Below the pieces are notes generated by a model. It was not told the DNA's origin and searched no databases. It worked only from the letters and a program-made list of their open reading frames with translations. Of a DNA stretch of 64,000 nucleotides, positions 22,048 through 35,193 are shown piece by piece. The number at the start of each line of letters is the position of its first letter. Positions within the stretch are counted from its first letter, which is position 1. Source of the DNA: Eledone cirrhosa (Eukaryota); NCBI GenBank assembly GCA_964016885.1, contig OZ024743.1, forward strand, positions 248,620,001-248,684,000, written 5' to 3'. Made by a program: the position numbers and the translations under genes.

Positions 22048-22073
22048 CCTGAATACTCGGAGGTAAAGGTCTT
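22048..22073 (-). other. Candidate 26-nt micro-exon
   Basis: attttctatttgcag|AAGACCTTTACCTCCGAGTATTCAGG|gtaatta, GC-richer than the A-rich flanks. All three frames are open. Confidence 0.35.
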
Positions 22074-25000
22074 CTGCAAATAGAAAATCATTGTAAAAAA
22101 AAATTACATTCTAAGATAATAATTTACAGTTTCTTATATAGGAACTAGGCCAAAAATATGTGAAGCATGGCATACTTGTTAGAATCAACTCAGTATATGA
22201 TTGTTACTAATTTCTTTGACCTGGGTAGACGGAGGAGGAGGAGGCTAAACTCAATTAGAATTTAAACTCAAATGAAATGATCAAAATTAGATAGTGTATG
22301 GCACATAATCTGAGACACTTGAACTTTGCACTATCATTTAAACTATTCAGAAATTGTCCAGAATAATTCCTAACATCAGCACACAGCCACAAGTTGCTAG
22401 AAGGGTATAGTTGGTTAAATATACTTCAGTATTTTGTCTGTCACTTATTTTATCAATTCCCAAAAAAAAGAAAAGCAAAGTTGCCACCAATAGTATTTGA
22501 TCTGAGAAAAGTATCTAGCTTGAGCAGCAAATTGACAAAGACAGAGTGCATGACAAAACTGGATTGTTAAAACATAATACCAGTCCAAGGCAGTGATTGG
22601 TGGAATTATTAGTGTCAGATGAAATGCCTTACAAAATTCCATTATGGCCTATTTAATCTGTTGCCTGGTCTAACATCACTACATAGCTCTTGGAGACTTT
22701 TAGCTTTTAGTCTGCTTTGTTGCAAGTATTCAGGGCACATCTTTGAGGCCTTAAAAAGGTTCCTGGGAAGTGCCCATACCACCATGATTAAAAAGGAAGA
22801 AAAATAAGATAAATACTGCAAGATATCTTACCCAGTGTTTTAAGATTATGTTATCCACAACTCTTTAATGATTTGCAACATAAGTATAAGGCAACAAAAA
22901 AGTAAAGGGCTCCTTAACTCTTGTGGAGTCCTAGAGAGAGCTATCCTAACACACAACATGTCTTGGGCATTTTAACCCTGTCAGAGCACATCGCTCTTCA
23001 AGTCTGTTTTCTTCCAGAGAAAGAGAGAAAGGTAAAATCACTACCCCACCCCTGTAATGGACTGGTAATTTATTTATCAACCTCAAAATGAGGAAAGGCA
23101 AAGTTAACCATATGGGACTTGAACTCAGAATAAATACTGGTGCATTTTCAATCTGTACCACCCACCACCATATAAAATAACAAAAATAGTCAAAGATTTA
23201 AGTAGTAGTAGTAGCATCATCATCATATTGGAAGTGTTAATTCTGAAACTAACAAAATCTTATATTTATCCATCTGTCTGTCTGTAAATGCAAGAAAAGT
23301 GTATCTCTTTGATGCAAAGCAGCTCTTTTGTTTGTAGGTAGGATATCAGTTCCATCTAACAGAATTTGATTTGTCCACATATGTAGCATGTCCATTCTGT
23401 TTTCAATTCATCACTATTGATTACCTTCAAGCTGGCTGTATTGCTAAGGGTCTTGGCCAGTGATCACAAAACATTTTAGACCATTGACTCCTTCATGTAA
23501 TTGTTAACTCCTTATCAACCACAAGTATGTACAAAATAAATGAATAAGTAAACAAAATGATAGAAAATAAAGAAAAATTATAAATTTTAAAAAAATGTAT
23601 AAGAAAGTTATAATATATTGTATCATTTTATGTACCCTTATTTCTTATGCAAATGTTAGGTTTTGGCCCAAAAGTTCAATTAGCCCTTTTGGGATTGATA
23701 TCAACAATTTGGGGAGCCATAGTCTAGGTTGAGTGAATTGATAATTGCTGAAGTAAGATTTGAAGTACCCTTAAAATTACAGTATAAATGTTTATATTTA
23801 CCTAACAATAATTAGTTGTGTTTCATATGATAAATAAAAATATAAAATAGACAAAATAAAGACTATATATAAATTAGAAACTTGTGTAACAGGTTTCTCT
23901 CAGGATTTGAAACCAAGAACTTTTGATTTTTTTTCACATCCCACATAGAAAAACATCTGACACCAGCTAATTGACTACAATGAAATAAACAACAGATGTT
24001 TTTCTGAGAGTAAACAACAGGTGTTTTCTGTTGTCCATAACCAATTAAGCATGATTTATCACTACTGTATAAAGAGGCTTCAAAGCCAAGAACATCAGAT
24101 AACACTAGATCAGAGGTTCTCAAAGTGGGTGCAGAACATTTTTTATATATTTATCTTTTTTTTTAAATTCATATTAGTGGTGGCAAAATTTAAAATTATG
24201 ATGTCTGAAAGGTTGGCACCCACCGTTCTGAATGATGTGTTATTGTTTTTTATGTATTTAGCCTGCCTTCAACAATTCTAGTTTTCAACACATCTATTTT
24301 TGCTTCACTAGTTGTATTTTAAAATAATTGTATTTTATTGTATTATTTTATACAAATGGCCCAAAAGGTTTAGTTAAGTGTAACAATCCTTAAAATTCCA
24401 GTACAAATGTTTATATTTACCAAATGCTAATTAGCTGCGTTTCATATAAGTAATTCTTGTTTTTGTTCAATACAGCTGACGAAAGAGTTGTCAATCAGTG
24501 CAGACGATTATTTGACAATATCTGAATACAACAAAAAACAAAGAAAGACGGTCTGAAACCCAATGTTCATAATGAAAAACATTAACCAAGTACTGATAAC
24601 TAATTAAATGTATTGGCAACAAATGTAAGAGTATAATGGTGGTGTCAGTGGCAGCAGTGGTGTTAATGGTAGTACTGATGTGTTTAGTCTTGTTATAGCT
24701 GTTGGTGAAGATGGTGGGTAGGGGCAGGGGAAATTACTGATTGCTTTTATTTGTAGTTGTGATGCAGGTGGTGATAATGGTAGTGGTGGTGGTGGTAGTG
24801 AAAGTGTTGATATTGCTTGTAGTAGTAATGTTGGAAGTAATGATGCTAGTTGTGAAGATAATGGCTTCATATTCATTTGCAATCCTTTCCAGACTAGTAA
24901 GGTTGGTATGGTTAATGTTCAATTCAAATTGCTGTAGATTGCTAACCTTTAGATGTGGGCATAACAGAAGTTCTGCAGGATTACAGTTATGAGGATAAAA

Positions 25001-26029
25001 GTTTGTGTAACTAGTTATGGCGAAGGTTGAATTCATCCCACATGCCATTGAAGAAATATATTAACTTTGGGGCAAGCCAAACAGTGAACCTCTACGTGAC
25101 CACTCAAATGGCTAAGAATAGTAGCCAAATTTCCATCTAACCATTCCTACTGTCTTAAAAAATAAATAACATATTGGATAATGCAGCCCTATTTGTACTA
25201 TAGTATTATAACTGGAACCGCCGCCCCCCCCCCCTTCTCTTCTTTCAGGTTAATATATGTATTAGGGGCATTTAACTCTACCATATGCCTTCAGCAATTA
25301 CTGTTGTGCCTGAGAACTCATATGTAGAATATTAGACAAGCAGAATGCTCATACTGTGCTTTGAAGTTGTGTTCTGTATACCAGAAGTCAAGTCACACAT
25401 CCACTTGGCCATATCATATAGTCACAAAACAGTGGCAATATGAGAGATCTTCAAATATTGGCTCTATTTATTAACATCCAGCAAATCAATTTCACAGATA
25501 TCAAGTAGTACTAAACATTAGTACTAAAACTGAGGCAGCTACAAGATTACAGATTCATTGTCTACTTCATAAATACAAAAAGAAACTGAATGGATTACAT
25601 TTTTATCTTGATTAAAGCATCTAAATACATTTTCTACTAATATCTTATTTATTCAACATTCTTGGGCCAGTCTTTATTAATTATTAATTACAGACTGAAA
25701 TATTAGCAAATATCTAAAAATAAAACATTTCATCAGGATATTAAAAGATGTGACGGTTTTTACAATTAAGAGAGAGTGGAGAAGAAATACAAATGGAGTT
25801 AGAGGAAATGAGGCTGTAATTATAATTTCATGAGTTCAGTCACTGGGCTATTTTTTGTATGGAAAATCACTTGAATCTATCAGAACATTACTAGTATTTT
25901 ATTGACTCATGAATGATACATAATAATAATTATTATTTCTTTTATTGTTCGCAAGGGACGAAGACAACATAACACAAAATGGGGTTTACATCAAGTAAAG
26001 GAAAGGGGATATCACTGAAGTGAAAACAG

Positions 26030-26456
26030 TAGGAATAACAATAATAGAATGTAATATTAATAATAACTGTCTTCTAATTGATGAATCAATCTCCACAGAT
26101 GACATTATATCTACCAAGGAAATTGAGAAACTATCCAAATACAAATATCTAGAGATTGAAATAATTTGAATGCAGATGATGAAAACAGGAACAATACCTA
26201 TAATAAATAATAGGTTCTCTGGGAATGATAAAAAAAAACCTAAAAAAAAAAACCACACATACATAACCAAATCACCAGGACTTACAAATAAATACAGCAT
26301 ACAAAACATTGTGTTACTAGGCACTGCACACATATTACGAAGAGAGTACAATAGAAGCAACACCACCAAAAACCACACAGCCCATACCCGAGATACACAA
26401 AGCTGCACTCGATAATGCAGTGATGATGCACAACCTAATAATAATAATAATAATAA
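26030..26456 (+). pseudogene. R4/Dong-like LINE 3' relic with (TAA)n tail
   Basis: CLLIDESISTD..KEIEKLSKYKYLEIEI and IQNIVLLGTAHILRR, then an AAT repeat at about 26437-26455. Confidence 0.75.
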
Positions 26457-26601
26457 TTGTTTGTACTTTTGGCACAAGGCCAGCAATTACCCAGTACATT
26501 ACTGGTACTTTATTTTATCGCCTTGGTGGGATTTGAACTCAGATCGTAAAGGGACGTAACTACGCTGGAAAGCATGTCTGACCCTCTACCAATACTGCCA
26601 A

Positions 26602-26829
26602 TAATAATAATAATGGTTTCTGATTTTGGCACAAGGCCAACAATTCTGGGAAAAAGGAAAGTTGATTAAAACCGATCCCAGAGCATTACTGGCACTTTAT
26701 TTTATTGACCCTGCAAGGATGAAATGTAAAGTTAACCTCGGCAGGATTTGAAATCAGAATGTAAAGGGGTGTAACAATGCTGCAAAGCAAGGTGTCCAAC
26801 ACTCTACCGATAGTCAATCCACTGCCCTT
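26602..26829 (-). mobile_element. SINE family B, near full length
   Basis: Minus strand: GGCAGTGGATTG..GGTAGAG head, TTCAAATCCTGCCGAGGTTAACTTT, GGCCTTGTGCCAAAATCAGAAACC and an (ATT)n tail. A second truncated copy lies at 26455-26600. Confidence 0.75.
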
Positions 26830-26859
26830 AATAATACTAATAATTGAAGATATAATACA

Positions 26860-27990
26860 AATAGTCATGAAGCATGAATAAAACAAAATTTGTTTTCTGT
26901 CTTCATGGAAGCCAACAAGTTCAAAACTGAAGTTAAACTGACAGATTGTTATGAATAGAAAGCAAATTAAAGAAACGACAACAGAACAAAAATGCAAATT
27001 GAAAACAGATCTCCAGAATGTCATGTTAACACGATGACAAGAAAAATCTGTACATGGCCAATACCCGAGAAAGCTGAATAGAGAGGAAGAAGACAAGTAA
27101 AATTCACAAAACTAGCTAAGAAGCACTGGACTGAAGGACACCTAATTGGTATAGAAAATCATAGTCTCCCCACCAGACCCCACTAAAGTTACATAATAAA
27201 GCACAATACTATAAGTAACTGCAAAATATGTGGAGTTGGGAAAGAAACATTTTACATTGCCCAGTCTAAATCAAAAAAGGAATATATCCACTGACATGAT
27301 AGAGTTGATATTTACATACATTGGAAAATTATGCCAACACTACAAGACACCAACATAAAAAGGTGGTACACACACATACACCAGAAAAAGTGTCAGGAAA
27401 TGACAAAGCACCCATACTCTGGGATATGCCAATATACAAAGACAGGGAGATCAAAACCAACCATATATAACAGTCAAAGACGGCAACAAATAGAAATGTC
27501 TTTTAATTGATGTCTCAATCCTCACAGATGACAATATATCTATCAAGGAGATGAAGGAATTATCCAAATATAAAGATCTAGAGATATAAATAACCTTATG
27601 TGGATGATGAAAACAAACAATCCCTATAATAATAATATGGAAATAATTTTTAAAAAAATACTCAGATACACAACTAAGAACTTCATTAAAACAATAATGA
27701 ATATCTTACAGCTACCGACAACATCGCAGTAAGTTCTCGCTTTGTAGGAATAACTACAGAGATATTCCAGGGGAACAGTATTCCTGATGCTTATTTCATT
27801 CTATGCTCATTACCTTTAAGCTGACTAACATTTGGATACTACTTGGGGAGAGAGGGAAGACCAGTCACATCCACAATCTCCTCTTCGTAGAGGACCTAAA
27901 GTTGAATGTGAATAATGGTTCTCAGCTTGAGAGTCTCCTTATTACTGACGAGGACATTAATATACTCTTAGACTGGATAACTGCAAGGAA
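26860..27990 (+). pseudogene. R4/Dong-like LINE relics (zinc knuckle/RLE fragment and an RT fragment)
   Basis: VHGQYP, CKICG..ET, YIH*HDRV, ILWDMPI and KCLLIDVSI..KYKDLEI. A separate fragment IFQG..HNLLFVEDLKL is a degenerate RT core. Confidence 0.7.
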
Positions 27991-27994
27991 GAAA

Positions 27995-28325
27995 CAATGT
28001 TGTTGTTGCACTTCCATCGGTTCTGTTGACAAATGTTTCATTTATTTGATCAATGAAACAGCCTGCTTGTTAAATTAATGTGCAAGTGACTGAGCATTCT
28101 ATAAACACGTGTACTTTTCTTAATGTAGTTCTCAGGAAGATTCAACAAGTGATGAAGCTGGAATTTGAATTATAGGTACAACACATTTTTGCCAGCTGAG
28201 CAAAAACTAGAGCAAAGTGAAATAGAGTGTCTTGCTCAAGGATACAACATGCCACTAGGAATAGAACTTGTGATTTTATGATCATGAACCAAATACTCTA
28301 ACTACTAAGCTATGCATGTTCACAG
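27995..28325 (-). mobile_element. SINE family A
   Basis: GTGTCTTGCTCAAGGATACAAC and CTAACTACTAAGC head, with a body shared with 63720-63980, 8060-8210 and 39940-40090. Confidence 0.7.
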
Positions 28326-31300
28326 GAAAGTGACAATAAAACAAGGTTGACTGACCAGTAAAGCAGATGATTTGAAACTTCAGGAAGGAGAGATATACAG
28401 GAGCTGGACAATCCCACACTCTACAAATATTTGGACATAGAAGAAAGTAAAACTGTGAATAGGATAGCAGGAACACTGTGTGATATGAACATAATGTGGT
28501 GCTAGCTATAACACTTGGTTTGGTGATATTGGACAAGAGTGGGACAGAATTAAATTCTGTGGTTCCAATATGAGAAATCTATTTAAAAAATACTACATGC
28601 TACACAATAAGTGGTAGGGACTATTGAAAGTTAGCAAGCAATCTAACAAAACAGTCATAAATGTTGACCCCCGTCTTTCCAAATCATGAGAAGGCCTGCT
28701 ATGTACCTTTATTATATATCTCTTGTTTAGTTAGAAATGGAAGAACAGTGCTTATTACCCTTTTCAGGCCAGCATAGGTTGGTGCAAGGGAAATAGAAAG
28801 GTATTCACAAACAGAGGACCTGGTCTGAATACTTGAAACAAAATAGACACTTCTAAAGACACAAGGGCCAGGTGGTAGTGTTAAATTAGGTGAGGGACTA
28901 AGTCTACTACCTTCATTGTTGATCACCATCATCATTTAACATGTTCTCCCTGCTAGCTACTGACCTCTTAGACAAACTGGAGGATACATCTTACATACAT
29001 TCCTGCTCTCTACAGAGCACCAGGTGCATTTTATCATGGCACCAGCACTAGGGAGGCAGTCATAATTTTGACACAACTGAAGAGTCTTCTAGACCCTTTG
29101 CTTAGCAAGTTTTCTATGGCTAGATGCCAACACTAGAGAGGTTGTCATGCCCTTGATATAACTGCATTGGGTGCATTTTTTATGGCACAGGCACTAGAAA
29201 GTCTGAAATTTATATTAGTGGTTAAACTCAGAAGTCAAAGAGATACATCAGTGTTTAGTAGACCTGCTTGAAAAAACAGCTAAAGCTTCCTTAATTCGCC
29301 CCCTATAGACTCAAAAGCGGGGGGAAATGTGAACAAATATCGCTAACCAACTCATCCGGGCCTGGTATTTCATTTTATCTACTCCCAAAGTATGAAAGGC
29401 AATTATCTTATTTCAAGAGTTAAAATAATATTTGCAACGACTTCCTCGAAATAGCAGCCAAATCTCCCTTCAAACACAACCTACAAATTGGATAATGTAA
29501 ATTTAATTATGCGAGGAAAAAATAAAGAGCGGACATGTGGGTTAAACAACAAAAATAATACGGGGACCGATTTCACGACCTATGAACTCAGTACTTTATC
29601 CATTCGGGTAATATGTACAGTTAATCAGGTTGTCATTCATTGTCATGCTGAATCTCCCTGAGAACTACGTTAACGGTACACGTGTCTGTGGAATGCTCAG
29701 CTCCTTACACGTTAATTTCACGAGTGAGATGTACTGTTGATCGAACAACTGTAACACTCATCGTCGAAACCGACTGAGATCCATTCCGCTGTTTAAAATA
29801 CCTTAGTGAACAATTGTGAATCAGGTTTCAGCGATTAATGTGTATCTTTTCTTCTATTACAATCTTTAATAATTCAACATATATTATCGGGACTTATGTA
29901 TTGAGTTTCTTCTAGGATATGTAGTATATTCATACCCCCCACCCACCACCTCATAAACAATATATTTGAAGTTTGTTGTGGTTTTCGAAAACCAGATTCC
30001 AAGTTTTACGAGATTCATTAAGCACTTAATGCTTTCTGCTCACCACCATTTCTCGTCAAAGGTATTTCAGTCTATTCGTTCGTCTTATATGTATCTATCA
30101 TATTTCTCTTAACATTATTTACTGTTGTGGCGTTTACTACATGCCCTGCAAACTATTATATGCATTAATAACTCCCAGAGAAAATATTGTCTGGTGTTTT
30201 TTAATATTGTTTCTAATAAAGTGTACAACTGAGATCACTTTTTTCATTTTATGCTTCTGGAACACTTCTATAATGTCTCATTTTAGAAGGGCAAAAATAA
30301 TATTTGTGTAACTGTTACAAGTATGGTAGTAATGTGATTTAGAAATTGTATACAAGAAATATATTAAAAGACCGTAGGTTTTCTCAGTATCCGTTATATT
30401 GACGAAGCATAAAATAGAGAGAGAACGTTGTTTGAATTTTTAAAAATAACTTTTGTAATGATTCATAATGGAAAACGTCAATGAGTCAGTAATTATAAAT
30501 ATTGACTTCTTACTAAGCCAGGATTTTGTAGAGAGAAGTGACAGTGGATTAGATCAACCTCAGAACTGGACTGGTACATATTTTATCGACCCCCATCAAA
30601 GTCAACCTTGGCGAAATTTTAACTCAGAATGTAAAGATCCATAATGTAAATCTAAATACTAAAATCAAAGTATATCATTTTTTACCTGTATAAGAGTACC
30701 TCCATTTCAATGAAAGTAACGAAAAAGTATAGACTGCTCCACGCGTTCTTAGTTTTATTTAAATTGTCGCACGTTCTAAACTAAGTTTAAAAAGCTTTCG
30801 TTTCTTTCTTTCTCATATTTAGCTATCTATTTATTTATCCATTTATTTGTTTGTTTATTTATGAAGACGGTGAATTAGCAGAGGCGTGACATTTGTTCCA
30901 GCTCTTTGCACACCGAGTTCAAATCCCACCGAGGTTAACTTTGCTTTTCATCCTTTCAGAGTCGTTTTTTCTCTTTCTTTTTTTGATCCACCTCGAAAAG
31001 ATGAAAGGCAAAGTTGAACTCAGCGAGCCGGATCGAATGCTGTGCAGATAATCATTGGCTCAGGATAAAATCACTTATATGATTGAAAGAATGGGGTGTA
31101 TGAGGGTCCTATTATCATTGACTCATTTCCCGCCGACAGGCTCATGCCCACGCTTTGGTGCTCGGAGTAGGAAAGGGCTTCAGAGTGGGCACTCTAATTC
31201 ACAATAATTCTAAGGAGGAGTTTCCAGAATAAATATATCACCGGAAACTTTCTAAATGTGAGAGTGCATCAGTGAAAAACAGTTCAATCAGTGCTCTCCA

Positions 31301-32919
31301 GTACACCTCAACCCCGGTGATGTACCTACTGGTACAAATATTTCTATAGTGCGATCACTCAGTGATTGTTCATTATGACATATGTTTAAAAAAATTAAGC
31401 TCAGTGGAGCCTGATGAATCGCCGATTTAATATTTGCCTTTGCCGTGAACAAGAGGCCTTTAAGTCTATACGTGACTAAAAGAGAAACCTATCTACCTAA
31501 AAAGCTGGAACAAAAAAGCTGGCTTGCCTTAAAAATTTCCGTTGATCCTTGTGGTGTGCGACCGATTGACGCACTTGGTGGTGAATTGATGTTTTTTTTT
31601 GTTTGTTTATCTATCACTTTGATCAGATATTTTTGTGCATTATATTTTTAAGGTTCCTGGTAATAATTAATTGTATTTATTATATGTTTATATTTTCATT
31701 CTGTAAGAAGTATTCATTATTTGTGTCTATATTTTCATTCTGTAAGCATTATATTCATAGAAAAGTAACAAAGATTCTTTTTCTTTTGGCTTGTACAATA
31801 CTGATGAGCATTTGTCCAACGCTCTAATGACTGCCAATCCACTGCCCTTGTTTCATCTGATAGGATAAACAGTATTATTTAATAATTCTGTTTGTCCTAT
31901 CGGCTGAAACAGTATCTTAGGGGTGATGTATGGAGCCAAACACGAGAGATTAGAGGATCAGAGTTTTTTGTCGATCCTATTGGTAAAATGCAACTGCCAA
32001 ATAACCGATAACTTCAAAAATAAGAAGGTATACAAATATAAGTGGTGCAAGTGTGAGGTAGGAATGTATTTTGAAGTTAACCTAGCAACGACATGACATA
32101 AATGATAATCCATGAATAAAATAAATGATTACAGTTGCTACAGTACCGTAAATACAGTTTTTAATTCAAACATAGTCAAAATCAAATTAGTTTATCACCA
32201 TTCAAAAGATAATAAAAATAAATAATTTACCGAAAAATATGAAAGTTACGTGAATAAAAAATGTCTTTCTAAAACATTCTTTTACATTTGAATATCTTAG
32301 CGACTAATAATTAACACAATAACAGCTTAGGAGATGGTTTCTTTTACGTGTCGCCATACACAGTAATATTCTATGAAAATTGTCTTCAATATAAGGAAAC
32401 AAATAATAAACCTGACGCTTTTGTGTTTGACGTCGAATTGTCTTTGAAAAATTAAATGAGATTATGTATCTGGGTAATCTAGAAGCCTTATCACTAAAAT
32501 ACTTTAACATTTCCGTACAGTCTTTGACGCTATTTTCGAGCAGTTCATTGTTTTTAGATTTATATGTAAGAATAGGGCACCTGGCGACAATCGGTTAAAA
32601 AACCAATAGAGATATAAATCACACATACACAAATGCACACGTATAGTGAACAAAGGAGCAGATAAACTAGAATAAGACTGAATATGGTGCAAATGAAGAA
32701 TATTAGTTTAACGCTCATGAGAATTGAGGAACAGTTTATATATAGTGTTTTAGGTTATGCCCTTCCTCAGAAAATTGAGAAAGAATAAATACAAGAAATA
32801 TATATATACAGAGAAGGAGAGAGAGAGACTCATTAATGTTTGCATTATGGCAGGTTGAATATATATATATATATCAATGATATTAATGAATGGAAACTAT
32901 ATTTATAAAACCATATTTA

Positions 32920-32976
32920 TTCTATTATATATATTTCAAGGGTACCAAAACTTTGGTACGCTCTCATCAGATGAAA
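32920..32976 (-). ncRNA. Degenerate type I hammerhead ribozyme (Penelope-like)
   Basis: Minus strand: TTTCAT CTGATGA GAGCGTACCAAA GT TTTGGTACCCTT GAAA TATATA TA ATAGAA, then AATAAA. Confidence 0.6.
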
Positions 32977-33168
32977 TACAAAGTTTGTTTTATAAATATT
33001 GACATATCCAGGAAGATCTTAACGGTTGAAGTTAATTTTTCCTGGATATATATATGATTCCAGTTCCTCAGTGAAATAACAACCCAACCAGGAACTGGGC
33101 ATATCAGAGTATTGACAAGGTTATACACCTCAACAACATATGTACTTGTCTATACCACACTAATTTGG

Positions 33169-33223
33169 ACTGCCTGAAGAGGTCACAGCCAAAGATGGCT
33201 GTCACCGAAATATATATAGCAGT
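33169..33223 (+). ncRNA. Type I minimal hammerhead ribozyme (Penelope-like)
   Basis: ACTGC CTGAAGA GGTCACAGCC-AAAGAT-GGCTGTCACC GAAA TATATA TA GCAGT: intact core, stems I and II, palindromic stem III, followed by AATAAA. Confidence 0.85.
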
Positions 33224-33406
33224 AATAAACGAAGCTAAATTTTAAACATTTGACTTATTTTATTTTACAATACCCTGGAGTAACCAAACCAACCTGCGCA
33301 CTTCGTCGAGTGCTCCAATCTGCATACTGAGGTGTTGGTATACAACCAACATATACTCAAAATCTCTCTCTCTATATATATATATATATGTGTGTGTATA
33401 TATATA

Positions 33407-34100
33407 CTAGCCGAATTACCCGCGCCTTGCTGCGTTTCACACATTTTTTTTTTTGTAAGAAAATGATGATTGATTTTAAATCAGTGATATAATTTATGCA
33501 GAAAAACTCTGCGTTTCAAAATTACTCAATGTAAAATGCAATGAATGAAAAATTGGAAAACATTATTTTTTGTAATATATCAAATCAAAATTACATTATT
33601 AAATCTTATTCTTATTTTGTTTCTTGTAAATAATTTTTTTTAAAATATCAATTCAAAACTTGATCATTTCATTTTTGTGTAAAGCATTATTTTGAAATTA
33701 GAAATTCAAAGTTTAATTATTTATTTTTTAACATAATAAATACATAATATATTCCATACTTTGTCCTAATGAAGAACTTCAGGATACACAACATTTCTTG
33801 ATTGGCTAAAATGTAAAGATTTTTGAAGTTCCAGTCCTTGAAACAGCCACATAAAACATGCCATGACTCAAACATGGGTTTGTCAGATCTATACCAATAG
33901 TTTTGAAAGTTTGACCTCGGCTCATGGCAGAGCTTGGCCTCACTGGGAACTGCATCCTCTTAAATGTAAAAGGCAACTCGCTATCACTTGGTATAAGTGG
34001 CATCCTCGGAATGGGAAGAGCTTGACCGTTATAAGTGCTGAATATAATGGTTGCTTCAATCAAGTTCTCATGCAATCTTATTACAACACATCTGGTTCCA
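33407..34100 (-). mobile_element. Helitron 3' fragment with PIF1-like helicase C-terminus
   Basis: ORF 33806-34075 IPRMPLIPSD..PFTFKRMQFPVR..GQTF..GIDL..SHGMFYVAVSR, then NVVYPEVLH* in another frame. GC-rich subterminal hairpin and terminal CTAG (33407-33410) abutting a TA tract. Confidence 0.88.
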
Positions 34101-35193
34101 TTTATTGGCCAAAACTTTCACTATAGGGGGTTTAACCCGCATTAGGGTGTCTTAATATTATTGAAATTTTGTGAATAGGCATCATATCCTGTCATTTACC
34201 TATGGTTTAAATTTCATATAAATCGAAGGGAAAATCATAGAGGTTCTCTGACAAAATAAATTCAGGAAATACTGCTCTAGTATAACAACTCCACTGACAA
34301 GATTCAAGCCATGTTCCTACCACTTACAAAAGTATCAACATTATTGGTTGAAGCACACTGACAAGCCACAGCAGGAGCCTCTATACAGTAGAACTTGTCC
34401 TGTTAGAAATAACAACCAAATCTCCCTCAGATTCCACCTTACCATCTTATGAAAAAAAGAGAAGGCTACATTGGATTTTATATAACCAGAGGAACATTAG
34501 GTTTATGGAAATGATGTGGCAGTTACAGCTGAAATGTCTGTGGTAAAAAGTCTGCTCATCAATCAAGGCCAACTTGGGACTAAACAATAACACACTGAGT
34601 TTGTTCCCCTGATAATAATATTACAAGCATGTATAACCCTTTAGCATTTAAACTGTTCAAACTGGTTGTAACTAGCTACTCCTGCTTAGGGTGAGGTATT
34701 GTTCTCAAAATAAATAATATCAATAGATTCAATATTATGTGAGATATTATGTAAGATAAAGCCTTTACTGCGAAAATACAATAATATATATAAGAGTAAT
34801 GTAAATGCTAAAGGGATAAACAGCCTCTGAAATGAAAGTGTTTTCCCCGTAAATCAGTAATGGTTGTAATTCTTTAACACATCAACGTTATTTGGCTCGA
34901 AATATATTTCAATTTTCACTGATTAAATTGATAGCTTTGTGAGATTGCAATCAGTATTCAATTTATCTTTGAATTTTACAGTAATTTCTAAATAATTGGA
35001 CAAGCGCAACCAATTGTATTTCAATAGAAATATTTGAAAAATAATTTTATGATCTATTAAAAATTATCCAATTCAATACCATATGTTTATTTAAATATCA
35101 ACAAATATATACATAGAAGAATGACTGGAAAAGAGTAGGGAGTAATACTTAGGGACACCTAGTGCATGAAAATGTAATAATAAACTTGCTCAC

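Noticed and set aside
23768-24452. About 65-bp direct repeats (near 23770 and 24388) as LTRs
   Set aside because: Short and diverged, with no TG..CA ends, PBS or internal coding sequence.
24473-24540. Hammerhead-like CTGACGA..TTGTCAA/TTGACAA..GAAT
   Set aside because: The GAAA core is broken and there is no convincing stem I or III.
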